This document shows, piece after piece, positions 37,956 to 50,837 of a stretch of 64,000 nt of DNA. The DNA comes from Eledone cirrhosa (taxonomy: Eukaryota): positions 162,378,001 to 162,442,000 of the forward strand of contig OZ024741.1 of NCBI GenBank assembly GCA_964016885.1, written 5' to 3'. A program made the position numbers and the translations under genes. The first letter of the stretch is position 1, and every line of letters begins with the position of its first letter. The notes beneath the pieces were generated by a model. That model saw nothing but the letters and a program-made list of their open reading frames with translations. It did no database searches and was not told the origin of the DNA.

Positions 37956-38134
37956 CATTTTTTCCAATTCCATCTCATCCGTCCCCTTAATCTATTTTAT
38001 TTCTCATTCTTTCTTCTGATGAAGAAGTAGTGTCCGAAACGTTAAGACCCTCTTCCTGCTATATCAAGCGTTAACCTAATATATTCCTTCCATATACTGT
38101 ACTGATTGTGCTGTTATTTCTGTTTACCTTTTAC
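37956..38134 (+). mobile_element. ~180-bp (TA)n-associated element with a minimal hammerhead (38012-38047); copies at 58747-58926 (-) and truncated at 23925-24003 (-)
   Basis: TCTT-CTGATGA-a-g(a)a(g)TAGTGTCC-GAAACGTT^AAGA. The other copy reads TCTT-CTGATGA-a-GGACTAG(cgca)C-GAAACGTT^AAGA. Confidence 0.75.
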
Positions 38135-38450
38135 ATATATATATATATGAAAAAATGGTGTGCTGCGTGGTTGCAAATGGGTTACATATGAATAAATTTA
38201 GTCCTTCATCAGTGATCTTCCAACCTTCATTGGTATTTCATCGCTTTAAAGACCATATACCTCTGGTTGGTGCGAGTAACGGCTAAAGAAAGTCGTTGGG
38301 ACAAGTAAATAAGGGGAACGAGCGAGACAGTAAACAATCAAAGATGGTAATGCAATGAAAAGTGAGGAAGAAGGAGTCAAGTCCCTGAAATCGATGAAGG
38401 ACTGTGATCACTGATGAAGGACTGTGATCACTGATGAAGGACTAAATTTA

Positions 38451-38496
<46 letters not shown>

Positions 38497-38899
38497 TCCA
38501 AAATCAACATGTGGGACAAATTAGGGAGACAGGAAACATAGAAAGGCTGGACATATGGAGAATGCATGTTATCAGTTGTCAACTGGGTGTCTTTTTAGTT
38601 TTAGGTGCTTTAAAAGGCAGTACAACTCTCTCAGAAGGGCACCAATGGACTCTAAGGAAAGAGCTATTCAGCTATCAAAACATACTGGATACTGGACAAA
38701 ACAACACTGGTACAAATCGGGTCTTTTTGAACAACTGAACAGGGAAACAAGATGAAAAAAGTACATACTGACATGGAGAAGGAAAACGCCTGCAGTAAAA
38801 TTCAGGGTAAATGTGATAAATAAATATCGGAAGGTAACCATAGAAGAAATAGAAAGATTATTACATGTTAGTCCAAGCAATAGCACTGGAACTAATAAT

Positions 38900-39011
38900 A
38901 ATAATATATATATATTATCTTTTATACATATATATATACATACATACATACAGATAGATAGATAGATATACATAGATATACATACATACAGAGAGAGAGA
39001 GAGAGAGCTAG

Positions 39012-39042
<31 letters not shown>

Positions 39043-39110
39043 AAGAGAAATATACACATATTTATATACATATTCATATATACATACATATACACATATA
39101 TACATACATA
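38900..39110. repeat. Compound TA/TACA/GA microsatellite (one of many; also ~23867-23918, 28465-28500, 36615-36737, 39723-39915, 55359-55409, 58930-58980)
   Basis: Simple-sequence repeats seen directly. Confidence 0.95.
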
Positions 39111-39723
39111 TACAGCTCTGAGTTTTCATCCTCAGTGTATACTGATTAATGTTCAGAGCCATCCTCAGCATTCTCGTGTAGCACCCATCCACCATCTGAG
39201 TGAGTTTCTTGGTCAGTGTCCAAGTCTCAGACCCGTACAGCAGCACAGACTCCACTACAGCAATGAAGAGGCGGATTTTCAAGTCTTTACGAAGGTCCGA
39301 CTTCCACACCGATCTCAAGCTGTGGCATGCCACCCAGGCTTTGCTCTTCCTCTCAACCACATCATCTTCTGTATTCCCAATCTTTGCTCCCAAATACAGG
39401 AAGTCCTCAACCAATTCTAGCGGCTTCCCGCCTACATTAGTGATCCCCTCTGGCTTCTCTACCAAAAGTCAGCTCAAAAGTGACACAGGAGACTGAGGTT
39501 AGCTGGACATGCTCACCGACATCCAGAGTTGACATTGCACTCAGTGCTCTGTGGGAGCCCCTACATGGACACACTGGAAGAGGAAGACCAAGGTTAACAT
39601 ATGTTGATGCCCTAAGGGCAGACACTGGTCTGTTGGAGACGCAGGACATGGCAGCGATAATGAGGGACAGAGACTGCTGGTGAGAACTCATCCATGGATC
39701 TCGGGAATTTTACCCGCCCTAGA
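39110..39723 (+). mobile_element. RTE-like LINE 3' fragment with 5' inversion
   Basis: 39110-~39460 codes on - (FLYLG...VLLYGSETWTLTK...RMLRMALN..ELY). ~39460-39723 codes on + (LPKVSSKV..RRLRLAGH..LWEP.HG..GRGRP). Confidence 0.88.
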
Positions 39724-40318
39724 TATACATATACATATATATTTATATACATATATATACATACATATACATATATACATACATTTATACATATTTATAC
39801 ATATATATATTTATACATGCACACACACACACACACACATACATGCATGCATATATATACACATATATATATATACATACACATATATATATATATGCAT
39901 ACAAATATACATATACATCATCATCATCATCATCATCTTCGTTTAACGTCCATTTTCTACGCTAGCATGGGTTAGTCGAGGGTTGTCCCACTTGAGGCAA
40001 GGTTGGTCGGGTGACCGTGTCTCGCTCATATACACACACACACACACATGCATGCAGAATAGAGACTTATACTAATATCAATATGCGACAACAATACCAG
40101 AGCAACATACATACATTCCACATTAACTGCATACATACATTACGATGTAAAATGTATGTGTCAGCATCAACAGGTAATAGCATATAAGGTAAATCTCACT
40201 TTACTTGTACCAAGTTGCACCAGGCAACTTCATGCCTTTTACCATTCCACAGAGATCAAAACTGTGTCAATAGGAGCTATATTTCCAGTTTTCTTCATAA
40301 AAACTATTTTTTAATATC

Positions 40319-40324
40319 TTTATT
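40319..40324 (-). promoter_or_regulatory. Candidate G alpha 12/13 polyadenylation signal
   Basis: TTTATT on +, about 120 nt downstream of the stop codon. Confidence 0.35.
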
Positions 40325-40441
40325 GATTTCACTATTAACATTTGTACTATTCAATATATAATTATCGATATAGGTTTAATGAAACAAATTATATGTAATA
40401 TTTACAGCAGGTTCCATTTTACACTTTTTCCCCTTCCCCCC

Positions 40442-41011
40442 TTATTGTAGCATCAAAGACTTAAGGTTGTCTTGTAAGATTTTAGACTTGACAGAGTCAA
40501 ATACAAATCGGATATTTTCTGTATCGATTGCCGTTGTAAAATGGTGATAGAGTAGTCCTGTCTTGTTGCGTCTTTTATTATCAAACATGTCCAGTATAAA
40601 ATCCTGGACATCTGTAATGGAATGTGGGTCCTTGTCAAAATTTGAAAAGTAGTCCTTTATGCTAATTTCTTTGACTTTTTCTTCAAGCAGATCAGTTTTA
40701 TTCAAGAAGAGGATAAATGCCATCCCAGCAAACAATGAATAATTGACTAATGTTTCGAAAATATCACAGGATTCAACCAATCGGTTGGTGTGACGATCTT
40801 CCTGGAGAACTTGGTCGAATTCACTGCTGGATACAAGGAACAGAATGGAGGTTACGTCATCAAAACACTTGTACCATTTGGGTCGCTGTGATCTTTGGCC
40901 ACCAACATCAACAAAAAGGAACGGAATGCCACAAATTTTTATTGGATGCTCCACAATACCTTTTGTTGCCTTCCTTGCCAACAGAATGTCAAGTTTTGAT
41001 GGAATGTAACT
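40442..41011 (-). CDS. GNA12/13: Heterotrimeric G protein alpha 12/13 (concertina-like), terminal coding exon
   Basis: tttcAG acceptor, then [18 protein letters not shown] (switch I), DVGGQRSQR (G3), FLNKTD (G4), HHFTTAIDT (G5) and the G12/13-type C-terminus NLKSLMLQ-stop; 570 nt. Confidence 0.96.
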   Translation of the reverse strand, partial: SYIPSKLDILLARKATKGIVEHPIKICGIPFLFVDVGGQRSQRPKWYKCFDDVTSILFLVSSSEFDQVLQEDRHTNRLVESCDIFETLVNYSLFAGMAFILFLNKTDLLEEKVKEISIKDYFSNFDKDPHSITDVQDFILDMFDNKRRNKTGLLYHHFTTAIDTENIRFVFDSVKSKILQDNLKSLMLQ

Positions 41012-42389
41012 CTGAAAAAAAAAAGAAAAAATAACAATAATAGTCATCTTTATTATGTTTATCATAACAATAATTGTTTCTACTTTTGGCACAAGGCCAG
41101 CAATTATCCAGTGCATTACTGGTACTTTATTTTATCGACCCCGTAAGGATGAAAGGCAAAGTTAACCCCGGTGGAACAATAATACAACAAAAATAAGGAT
41201 TTAATTAAACATGAGACAAAGATAATTTGGTAGTAAAAAATTAACCCTTTCGTCCCATATTTCTAATGAAAGACTGCCTTTAATTTTTAAATCATTTTGA
41301 AAATAAAAAGAAATTCGGAGGGATCTAATAATATAACTAACTTTTCAGTGTTAATCTGGTGTTTGGAACATAGCTTAAAACAAAGCATAATGTAATATTA
41401 TGATGGAAGGTTTTTAGATAAATATAAATACTTCAAAATTATAATAGTTTTCTATTGTAGATACAGGTGGTTTGGTTTCAAAATGATTAAAAAAAAAAAT
41501 GCAACACATTTAGTAAATATCTTTTATTACCACAATAAAATTAATAATTAAAAAAATATAATGTCATGAGGGGAAGAGTAGCATGTATAACAGTTTTTAG
41601 GGCTCAGTGACTTGTGGGGAGAAGTTATTCTCTGTGGAAACCTATACCAAGTGCCTGCAACATATTGGTCTCTGCTAAAGGCACCCAAAGACTAAGTGCT
41701 GGTGTTAAACTTGGGGACAGATTAAGTCAATATGAAATACTTTCGACAAAAAAAAAGTTGATAATACATACTAATATATATGTCCTCATTTTGGTTGTTA
41801 TAGTCACACAAACTTGGTGCTAAATAACATCAACACTTCAATCACTAAGCACACACAGACTTAAAATTTAATCTCTTTGCCACTAATACAACAGCTTCTG
41901 TTATCTGAACTAGTTAGCTACATCGTGTCTCAGCCAGACACTCTTGTCCCACCTATCTCTATCACCTTGTTACCTCCTAAAAGCATGTAGACCACCATGT
42001 TAGGTGGTCATGCTGGTCCCGTGACATGGGTACTCAGCCTACCCTGTAAAGTGATCATACTGGTGCCATGCCAAAAATCATCCAGTCAACTAGGTGGCAG
42101 TGGTGATGCAACTAGAAAGGGCTTTCAGAAAACATGCCAAAATATAGCATATGAGTAAGACAGTCATCTGACTTGTCTAACCTCAGAATGTGACAACCCA
42201 TCTAACCTATGCAAGCATGAAAAATAGACATTAAGTGATGATGATGATGATGATTCATAGAGTGGGTAGAAAAAATGCTTTTTTGTAAAACATAAAAAAG
42301 TTGTATATATCCAGTTTAGAATAGATACACTGAATCGCTACGTATTGTAAGACGTTACTAAAAGGGTTGACACCAGGAAGGACATCATC

Positions 42390-43470
42390 ATCGTTTTTAT
42401 GCCTGCTTTTCCACACTTGCATGGGTTGCATGGTGTCTCTCCATTTGTTGCATTCATTTGTGATCTCCTCTATGAGTCTCAGCAATTTGAGGTCAGCTCT
42501 CACAACCTCTGTCCAGATCTTTCTTGATCATCCTCTACAGCAGCTTCTTTCCACTGGCATTTCCTGGCATGTCTTCACCCACTGATCCTTGTCCCTTCAC
42601 ATCACATCTTCATACCAACATGGGTCTTCTCTCCTCGGATTCCTCTTAAACCCAGTTCCTCCTTCAGCTCGTCCAAGCTCCGTCTCACTCTCACACTTTA
42701 TTGCACATCCAATGAAGCATGGTTACTTCATTTCTCTCCAATCTATGCATGTTTTCTGCATTCACAGCCCATGTTTCACTATCATGCAGCATCACACTTT
42801 GCACACAGGCATCATACATTTGTCTTTTTGTACGCAGGGAGAAACTTCTTGTGGTCAACAGTGAGAGTAGCTCTCTAAATTGTTTCCATCCTCTCTTTAT
42901 TGTAGCTATTATGCTCTCAGAGCACCCTCCTCCACTGCTAATTAAATCGCCTTGATAGCAGAAGCTATCAACCACTTCTATGAGCCCTTCCTGTGACTGG
43001 AAAAGATTTATATCATTGGCACTCTTCCCCTTGGTTACCCATGTGCAGCTTCTACATACAAAGCTTTCCCTTCCTGTTAAGTCTACCCGTTATCCCACTA
43101 CATCTCTTGTGTACCCAAGATTTACATTGTGTATATCATATGGAGTTTATGCCCACTCCCTTTCTACATACTGAGCAGGGCCACTTCCCAGAAGGAATCA
43201 GGGTCCTATCTTCTCTTCTCCTCACTAGCACTTTAGTTTTGGCTAAGTTTACCCTGGCTAAGTTTACTCTCAGACCTTTTGATTCCAAATTATGTTCTCA
43301 TAGTTGGAACTTATTTTCTTGTTCTTTTATGGATTCAGCTATAAGGACCAGATCATCTGCACAGAGAAGTTCCCAAGGGCAGCTGGTCTCCTCTGTTATA
43401 GCCTAGAGAACTATAATGAATAGCAGTGGGCTAAGAACCGAACCCTGATGAACACTTATCTGTACGTAAA
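42390..43470 (-). mobile_element. RTE-type LINE fragment (family of 10725-11860)
   Basis: GVHQGS-like, WELL.ADDL, FCYQGD, GWKQFREL and SETWAV motifs; (GAT)n tail near 42390. Confidence 0.85.
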
Positions 43471-43969
43471 ACATTTCCACAAAAATGATTCAATGATAAG
43501 TATGAATTCTAGATACCGACCAGGATAACCCCCTGCTTTAGAAAATGATCTTAAAATGTTTATCTTTGTGATTGCTGAAGAACACAAAAGAGACATTTCA
43601 GGTAAAAAGTTAACTGTCTGCACAAATCAATAACTAGAAAGTTTAAAAGATTAACCATATTAGAACCAATAGAATTTCACCTTGAGGCCAAATAAAGAAG
43701 AACAAAGGAAGTTGAACATGTACCTACACACAGTTTTACACATGGGTGACTATGAATACACACCAAGGAAACTGTAACATCAGGTAGACAAAAGGAACCT
43801 GTATTTCCTACAAAGCACTGAATACAGCAGGTGTGAAAGTGACCCAGTTTTGCTCATGAGATATAGTGGAGTGAAGTTAGTTTTTAAATCATATTAGGGC
43901 AGTAACAAAAGTCAAAATTACTGCACCCTCCACCCAACTCCTCCATTAAATGATATAAGGTTCTACACT

Positions 43970-44720
43970 TTAACCCTTTCCTGGCCATATTTCTTGTGAA
44001 ATACACTGCATTTGAATTAAGAAGTATTGAAAATTTTGGAGGGATTTACTGAAATTATTAATTCATTATTAAAATCTTATTTGTAACATAATTTAACAAA
44101 AGGTTTTTGTATATAATTATGTTGGCAGATTTTAATTTAGGTAGAAACATTTTCATTCATAGAACTTCTCCCATATAGTCTATTAATTAGAAATATATAG
44201 TCATGAAAGTGTTAACCCTTTTGATACCAAACTGCTTGAAAGCACCCCTTATTTATTTTTAAGTGTTTATATTTATTTAAGAACTTTCCATCATAACTTA
44301 ACAAAGGTTCTTGCAGAAAATTATGTTCTAAACACCAGCTTAATGAGAAAGTTAGTTATATTACTAAAACCATCCATATCTGATTATTTTCTAAATTATT
44401 TGAAATACATACAGTGTCTTTCATTAGAAATATGGTAATGAAAGGATTATGAAAATAAGAATAGAGCTTTATGACTAAATCAAATTATTTGATACTAAAC
44501 TGCCTAAAACCTGTTTATCTTAAACTTTAGAAATATGGTAATGAAAGTTTATCTTAAACTTTATCTTAAACTTTAGAAATATGGTAATGAAAGGATTATG
44601 AAAATAAGAATAGAGCTTTATGACTAAATCAAATTATTTGATACTAAACTGCCTAAAACCTGTTTATCTTAAACTTTCCACCATAATTTTAAGTAAAAAC
44701 CTTTGTTAAGTTATGTTCTA
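43970..44720. mobile_element. Cluster of a second TTAA-CCCTT MITE family; related copies at ~13568-13961, 41241-41450, 58010-58563, 59270-59513, 62066-62480
   Basis: ttaacccttttgatac...gaaatatggtaatgaaagggttaa termini. Confidence 0.65.
44424..44677. repeat. Local tandem duplication (~105 bp) with short scrambled intermediate repeats
   Basis: ttagaaatatggtaatgaaaggattatg...ctgtttatcttaaacttt occurs at 44424 and again at ~44572. Confidence 0.9.
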
Positions 44721-46079
44721 AACACCAACTTAATAATGAGAAAGTTATATTTGTTTCCATTGATCTTTCCATTACTAAAACTATTTGCTGTTGCAACTCC
44801 TGGCAGAATAGACAAAGCTGGATAAGACACAATAAAGAATCACATCTGACTCTTGAACCATTCTGTTAATTCACTGCCCATGGACAGATAGTTTACTGAC
44901 CCCAAAAGAATGAGAAGCAAAGTTGAATCCGGTTGGATTTGAACCAGAGCAAAGAGAAAAAATAGCAAGGCATTTAATCTGACACTCAAACAACTCTGCC
45001 AATTCACTACTGATAGGTAAAGTAGGTTAAATTAAAACAACTATTCCAGTTACATGTCTCATATTTAGCTTTTGAGACAGAATTGGCTGACTGACCCGTG
45101 TGTCATGGAAAGTATTAAAGAGAAAATTTATATCACATTCTGTGTGGAATAAGAAGTTCACTTTTCAGTTTCAGTCGCACTGTGTAGCATTATGGGAAAG
45201 TGTCTTCTATCATAGCCTTGGGTTGACCAATATCTTCTGAGTGAATCTGGTTGATAGAAATGGCAGAAGCCCATTGTTTGCATGTATGTATGCATTTGTG
45301 CACCCTTTTTTGTCTTCAGAATACCATTAAAACAAACTTTATTCAGGATAATACAAAGAGAAAAATGTTTACAGTGAAAGTGAGTTTGTAAGAGTGTTGT
45401 CTATTTATTATCAGTAAGGTGGTGGTTGTTGTTTAGCCCTAGGTCAGCAGCTCTGATGAAATAGATGTAGACCTATGACCCAAATCCTTTGGAACATGAT
45501 CATCACAACTTTTTTTTTCCAGACATATCCTGAGGTCTACATTACACAATATGCTATTAGTTAAGTGTGATTTGAAGGAGATTTAACTGATTGCTATTGT
45601 ATGAAAGTGTTGAAAGTTTTTATCAATACATATATTGTTTCCCACCCTTCATTTTACATATAAAAATTAAGGCCAGGATCTGGGTATTCGGTGCCTCCAG
45701 CTAACCCTGCAATGTCCGTTCACTTCTCCCAAATTAAATAATTTTAACTTACACTTTGTTAAGTTGATGAACCAAGTTTTTGATACCTCAAGCTCTCAAA
45801 GCACTAAGAAAATTACCAAGCCTGCATTTTCCACTACACAGTCTACACCCACTCACACCAAATCATGTGTTAAAGTCATAACACTATAAGGTGTTCTCCA
45901 CTGATTTGGATATTTACACAATGCTATATTGTTAAGATATTTAATGATTAATAGTGATTTTGGAAAATTATATATTTGTAAATAAATATTGGAGTATTGA
46001 GTCAGTTGAAATGCTTAGAAAATGTAGAAATCTTGAATGCAGGAAGTAACTGTGAACACAAGTTGATTACTACTAAATT

Positions 46080-48700
46080 CATCCACTTCTTTGTGGTGAC
46101 ATTATAAAACCTTTCCATCTCATATGATCCAACATTTACCTCAGTTCTTCACTGGACAATTATGTATGTTTCTCATTGACTCCCTTTAATGTCTTGAGAG
46201 ATCTTCTCTGTTCGTGTTTCACATTAGTGGTCTCCCATAGTAATGGTTTTGTAGCAGGTTTGTTGCCTCTCATAACATAACCTGCAAGTTGGAGATGCTA
46301 TATTTACATGGTATGGCTAAAGGGCAGAGGGCAAGCTGCCGTAGAGAATTTTGTTTGTAACACACGGTGAAGAAGTTTGATGTTTTGTATCCTTCTTAGC
46401 ATTTGGGTGTAGCAACCTTATAAAGCTTTGTTGATAGTTATTGTCATTAACCATGATTCACAGGAATACAGTAAGATTGATTCTACTGTAGCTTTGAATA
46501 GTCTAACTTTTGTTTCATGGTTATGTTATATTTCCTCACCATATCTAATGTGTACACACCAGACCATACTTTGTTTACATCATTTAACAAGTCAGTGTAT
46601 ACACCAAGGTATTTAAATACATCTACTTTTTCAAGAACAGAATTGTTTAATGATTTGATTGTTTCATCTGAGTGGATAGCCATGTATTTGGTTTTGTTGA
46701 CATTTAGGAAGAGTCCCATTGCTTAAGTAGAAACTTCTAGCTAGTGTAAGAGATCCTCTGCATTAATTAGTGAATTTGCACATAAGACAGTGTCATCAGT
46801 GAATTCCATGTCTCTTTGGTGCTGTGGCAGATGTCTCATGCTTCTACGTTTTAGAAGGGTGAAGGCATCAGAATCATCAATAGCAATACATAGTGCATAA
46901 CAAATTAAATAAATTAAAATAAATACAGAGTGAGAGAATTACCTTGTGACTACCTGAAAATAAGCCAGTTTCTCCTCCTGCTGTAGTGAGATTGTTTTAT
47001 ACATGATCCTGATTCCATTAACGAGTTTGTGAGGAATATTGTAAACAAGTAGAACCTCAAACTTGTTCACGGTTAATGCTTTCAAAAGTTTTTTGAAAGT
47101 CTATATAAGTCAATACAGCTTCTTTTTGATAATTTCTTACTTCTTCAGTTAGATGTCAGAGAGCCATAATCTATGATGATGTGGATCTAGATCAGAGGCT
47201 CTGAAACTTTTTGTCCCCCGCTCCCCCTCATGGTCGCATAATACATTCAGCGTCCCACAAACCTATTTCCAGAGAGACCTGCCTCACGCAAATTGTAAAT
47301 AATATATAATAATTGTTAATTTATATATGATATATACTATGTATAAATAAATATATATTTTTTATTTTACTATATCTATATATAATATGTATCATTTGAT
47401 ATTTAATATACTATTATATCACCTCTACCACCCTCTGCAGCCCCCTTAGGCTGCAGCACCCACACAGAGGTGGTAGCGCCCACTTTGAGAACCTCTGATC
47501 TAAATCCATTTTGGTTTGGGCGTAGGTTTTTTTTTTATTTCTGGTCAAAGCCTGTTCAAAATAAGGCAATTATAAATTTTGGCAGCCTCCTGTGTTAGAC
47601 TTATTCCATGATAATTGCCTGGTTTCCTAAGATTACTTTTCTTAGGAATAGGTACTATCATGGAAATACTACATTTTTCTGGTTGGTTTCGGTTAAAGGT
47701 CTCATTAAAAAAGTGCAGTAAGATAGTTTGGAGTTTTTGAAGTATCCAAAATTTTAGCGGAAGCCCATTTAGGCTTGGTGTCATTGTTTTCCATCTAATT
47801 AAGGGCACTTTTAAGTTCATCCAGAGATAAATTTTCAACAGAAGTATTGATATTAACATTGTATAAATGTTTGATAGTGAATTGATATTAACATTGTATA
47901 AATGTTTGATAGCGACATTTATGGAGCTTTTGTTATTTAGCAGTGCTTTGAAATGATTTTTCCATGCATTGATACATTTCTCACCCTCGTTAGATGTGAC
48001 ACTCCAATTCTTTATGCCTGATAATTTCTTTATTAATTTCCATGTGTTCTTTTGGTTGTCAGTAGACTTGGAATTGTCAAAGAAGTTGAGAATATTGATT
48101 CTTTTGTCTTCATCCTTGCAATACACTTTTTGTAAACATTGTTGGTTTGCTTGTATATCCATAACCTTAGCTTGCAAGACATTGGAGCAAGCTGCAGTTA
48201 TTAAGTGCAGTTCTGAAGACAAGATTTTTAATTTTGGGGGGAGGTTATACCTTCCTATCTCAGAGCTGATTTCAATTAAATTCTTGCATGATTTGACAGA
48301 TGAGAATATCCATTTTTCTATTATTTCATTTTCAATTTCTGCAGCTACATTAGGGTTAGACAAAGCATTCCATTTAAGAATTTTTGATGGAATTTTTCAT
48401 GGTGCACAAAGGCTGAGTTTTCATTTACTAAAAACTATTCGGTGATCTGAGTCAAAGAATGGGCTTGGAAATCATAGATGCTTTTGCACCATTTCTTTCT
48501 GCAGAGAATGTAATCAATTTCATAAAGACCAAGATTAGGCAATCTCCAAATCAACAGACAATTTAGACGTTTTTTGGAAACTAGTATTCAAAGCAATTAG
48601 GTTATGTTAATTAAGGAAACTTTGAAGACAGATCCTGTTTCTATTACTGGTCTGATGTAGGGAGTGGTCAGCAGCTTCTCTGCTGGCCACTTTTTCCATT
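46080..48700 (-). mobile_element. Decayed RTE-like LINE (APE end, linker, RT)
   Basis: SDHRIV, VPIPKKSNLRKPGNYHGISL..AAKIYN.LILNRL, GLFLNVNKTKYM, FKYLG; interrupted by a hAT MITE. Confidence 0.85.
47193..47497. mobile_element. hAT (Charlie-like) MITE
   Basis: TIRs CAGAGGCTCTGAAA / TTTGAGAACCTCTG; 8-bp TSD ATCTAGAT/ATCTAAAT. Confidence 0.85.
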
Positions 48701-49254
48701 TTACCCAATGCTCTAAGTTATTTATAGTAATCAACTGTTACTACCTGTGATCCAGATTTCTACATATTCTAAGCAGTTCACCTCACTCAATGCTCCTATA
48801 TTTATTTACAAATGTTGTCACATTTAAAAAGCTGTTTATTTCGCTTCTATTTAAGATGGTAATTGTCGTCAGGAGTTGTTTAACTCAATAGTACAGCGTG
48901 CTCAGCTGGAATTTCAGAGATACAGAGTTTGCTTCTCTGTAGCAGTTGCTGGCCATTTTTTCCTTCTATAAGGATATTTTACCCAATTTCCTAAGCTATT
49001 ATTCATTGCTATCAACTACACTGTCCATAGTTATTTCCTGCCTTCAAGATTTCTACATTTTATAAGTATTATATATTTGATTTTACATATTTGGATGAAA
49101 TGGTGACCCTAAAAGGTTCAGTAATATGCCTCTCTGGAGTTTGCATTGTAGGTTGCTGCCTAGCTTGTGTAATGTAACACCAGCACTGCTAAAATAGTGG
49201 AACTGCTTGGTATTTAAGAAACATTCAAAGTGATTTGTATGTAAAAACACCTAC

Positions 49255-49305
49255 CTTCTGTCCTATTCTGAGAATATTTTCCAAAAAATATTTCAGTGAA
49301 TCACC
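49255..49305 (-). CDS. GNA12/13: G alpha 12/13 internal 51-nt exon
   Basis: ttcAG-GDSLKYFLENILRIGQK-GTAGG. Homologous to the GESVKYFLDNLD.. segment and splices in phase 0 to SYIPS. Confidence 0.92.
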
Positions 49306-50240
49306 CTGAAAAATAGTAAAGATGAAAAAAAAATCAATTTAAATCATTTGAGAAAACAGAGTAACAAAAAACCAAAACAAAAATAAAACAACATATATAC
49401 AAAAAAAACAAACAATCCACAAGTGTTTTAAGAGGTTAACCTTGCAGGACCCATGATAGACCACATAATCATCATGGGGTCTTAATTTGAGGCAAAGTTT
49501 TGCTGCTTGATGCTTGTCAATGTGCTGATCATTTTAGTCGTCTCTTACAAACATGTAGGGACAATGTGCATCTATTCTAAACCAGATAGACACAATAAAC
49601 TGGATATACAAAAATAATGTGATTATGAGTTTAGAAATAAAGGTTCCTAGTCTGAATCCAGATCTGTACTATGCATATATCCAGGTATAAGACACTTGAG
49701 GATGATGACAAATCAAACAAATTAAAGATCAACCAATCAAAATTTAGTGTAGATATAAATATTGATTTTTAATTTAGGCACAAAGCAAGTAAATTTTAGG
49801 GAAGGGCAAAGTTGATAAAATCAACCAAAGTACTTTTATCAACCTTCGAATGATGAAAGTTAAAGATGACTTTGGCAGGATTTGAATAATGATTTGTAAT
49901 TTAGGCACAAAGCCAGCAATTTTGGTGGGAGAGGATAAGTCAACTGTATTGAACCTAGTATTTGACTGGTACTTTATTTTATTGACCCTTAAGAATGAAA
50001 GACAAAGTTGACCTCAGTGGGATTTGATCTCAGAAAGTAAAAAGCTGGAATAAATGCTGCTATGCATTTGTCCAATGCTCTCACTATTCTTGCTAATCTG
50101 CCACTCTTAACAATGTAAATATTTTAAAATTCTTTTGTCTCAAAAGATGTTATCCAAAATACTTATAATCTCATTAGCATTAACTCATCTTTGTCATTTA
50201 GAAATAATGTAAAGTAAAACATAACATAATAAAAAAAATA

Positions 50241-50454
50241 TTAACCCTTTAACATTTACATTACTCTATATTTACTATTGTATTTTCGTAGTAAAGGTTT
50301 TACCTCACAATATTGAATCTATGAGATCTTGATATTATTTATTTTGAGAACAATACCTTGACATAAGTATGAGCAGCCAGTTATGGCCAGTTTGGACAGA
50401 AAGAGGTGAGAGAATTCTGGCCAGATCCGGCCGGTTTAAATGCTAAAGGGTTAA
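50241..50454. mobile_element. piggyBac-like MITE (~210 bp); other copies at ~9019-9204, 13701-13898, 34075-34290, 61059-61287
   Basis: TTAA-CCCTTTA.CATTT ... AAATGCTAAAGGG-TTAA termini and shared internal sequence among copies. Confidence 0.8.
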
Positions 50455-50837
50455 CTTAGAAAGTCTGTAAAAACAAAGAAGGTTAAGGCAGTAAAGTGTG
50501 TTGTACATAACAACCATGCTTTGTTGGATGTGCAAAGTAAGTGTGAGAGAAAGGATGAGCTTGGATGAGTTGAGGGAGAAGCTGGGTTTAAGAGGGATCT
50601 GAGGTCGTGTGTAGGAAAGAAGACTGCATTGGTATGGATGTGTGATGTGTATGGACTAGGAAATCCCAGTGGAAGGAAGCTGCAGTAGAGGTAGACAAAG
50701 AAAGACCTGGGCAGAGGGTGTGAGAGCTGACCTCAAATCACCGAAACTCACAGAGGAGATGGTGTGCTGAGATGGACTCGTTCAAATCATGCAAGCATAG
50801 AAAAATGGGGGGAAAAACAATGATGATGATGACAAAT

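Noticed and set aside
38668-39465. 265-aa ORF as a gene
   Set aside because: An inverted LINE fragment reading into microsatellite.
41012-41116. N-terminal [15 protein letters not shown] of the 224-aa ORF (also in ORFs at 6165, 19153, 34990)
   Set aside because: It is the translated SINE tail and intron; the real exon starts at the AG acceptor (41011).
47545-48363. 272-aa ORF as a host gene
   Set aside because: Part of a frameshifted LINE ORF (linker and start of RT).
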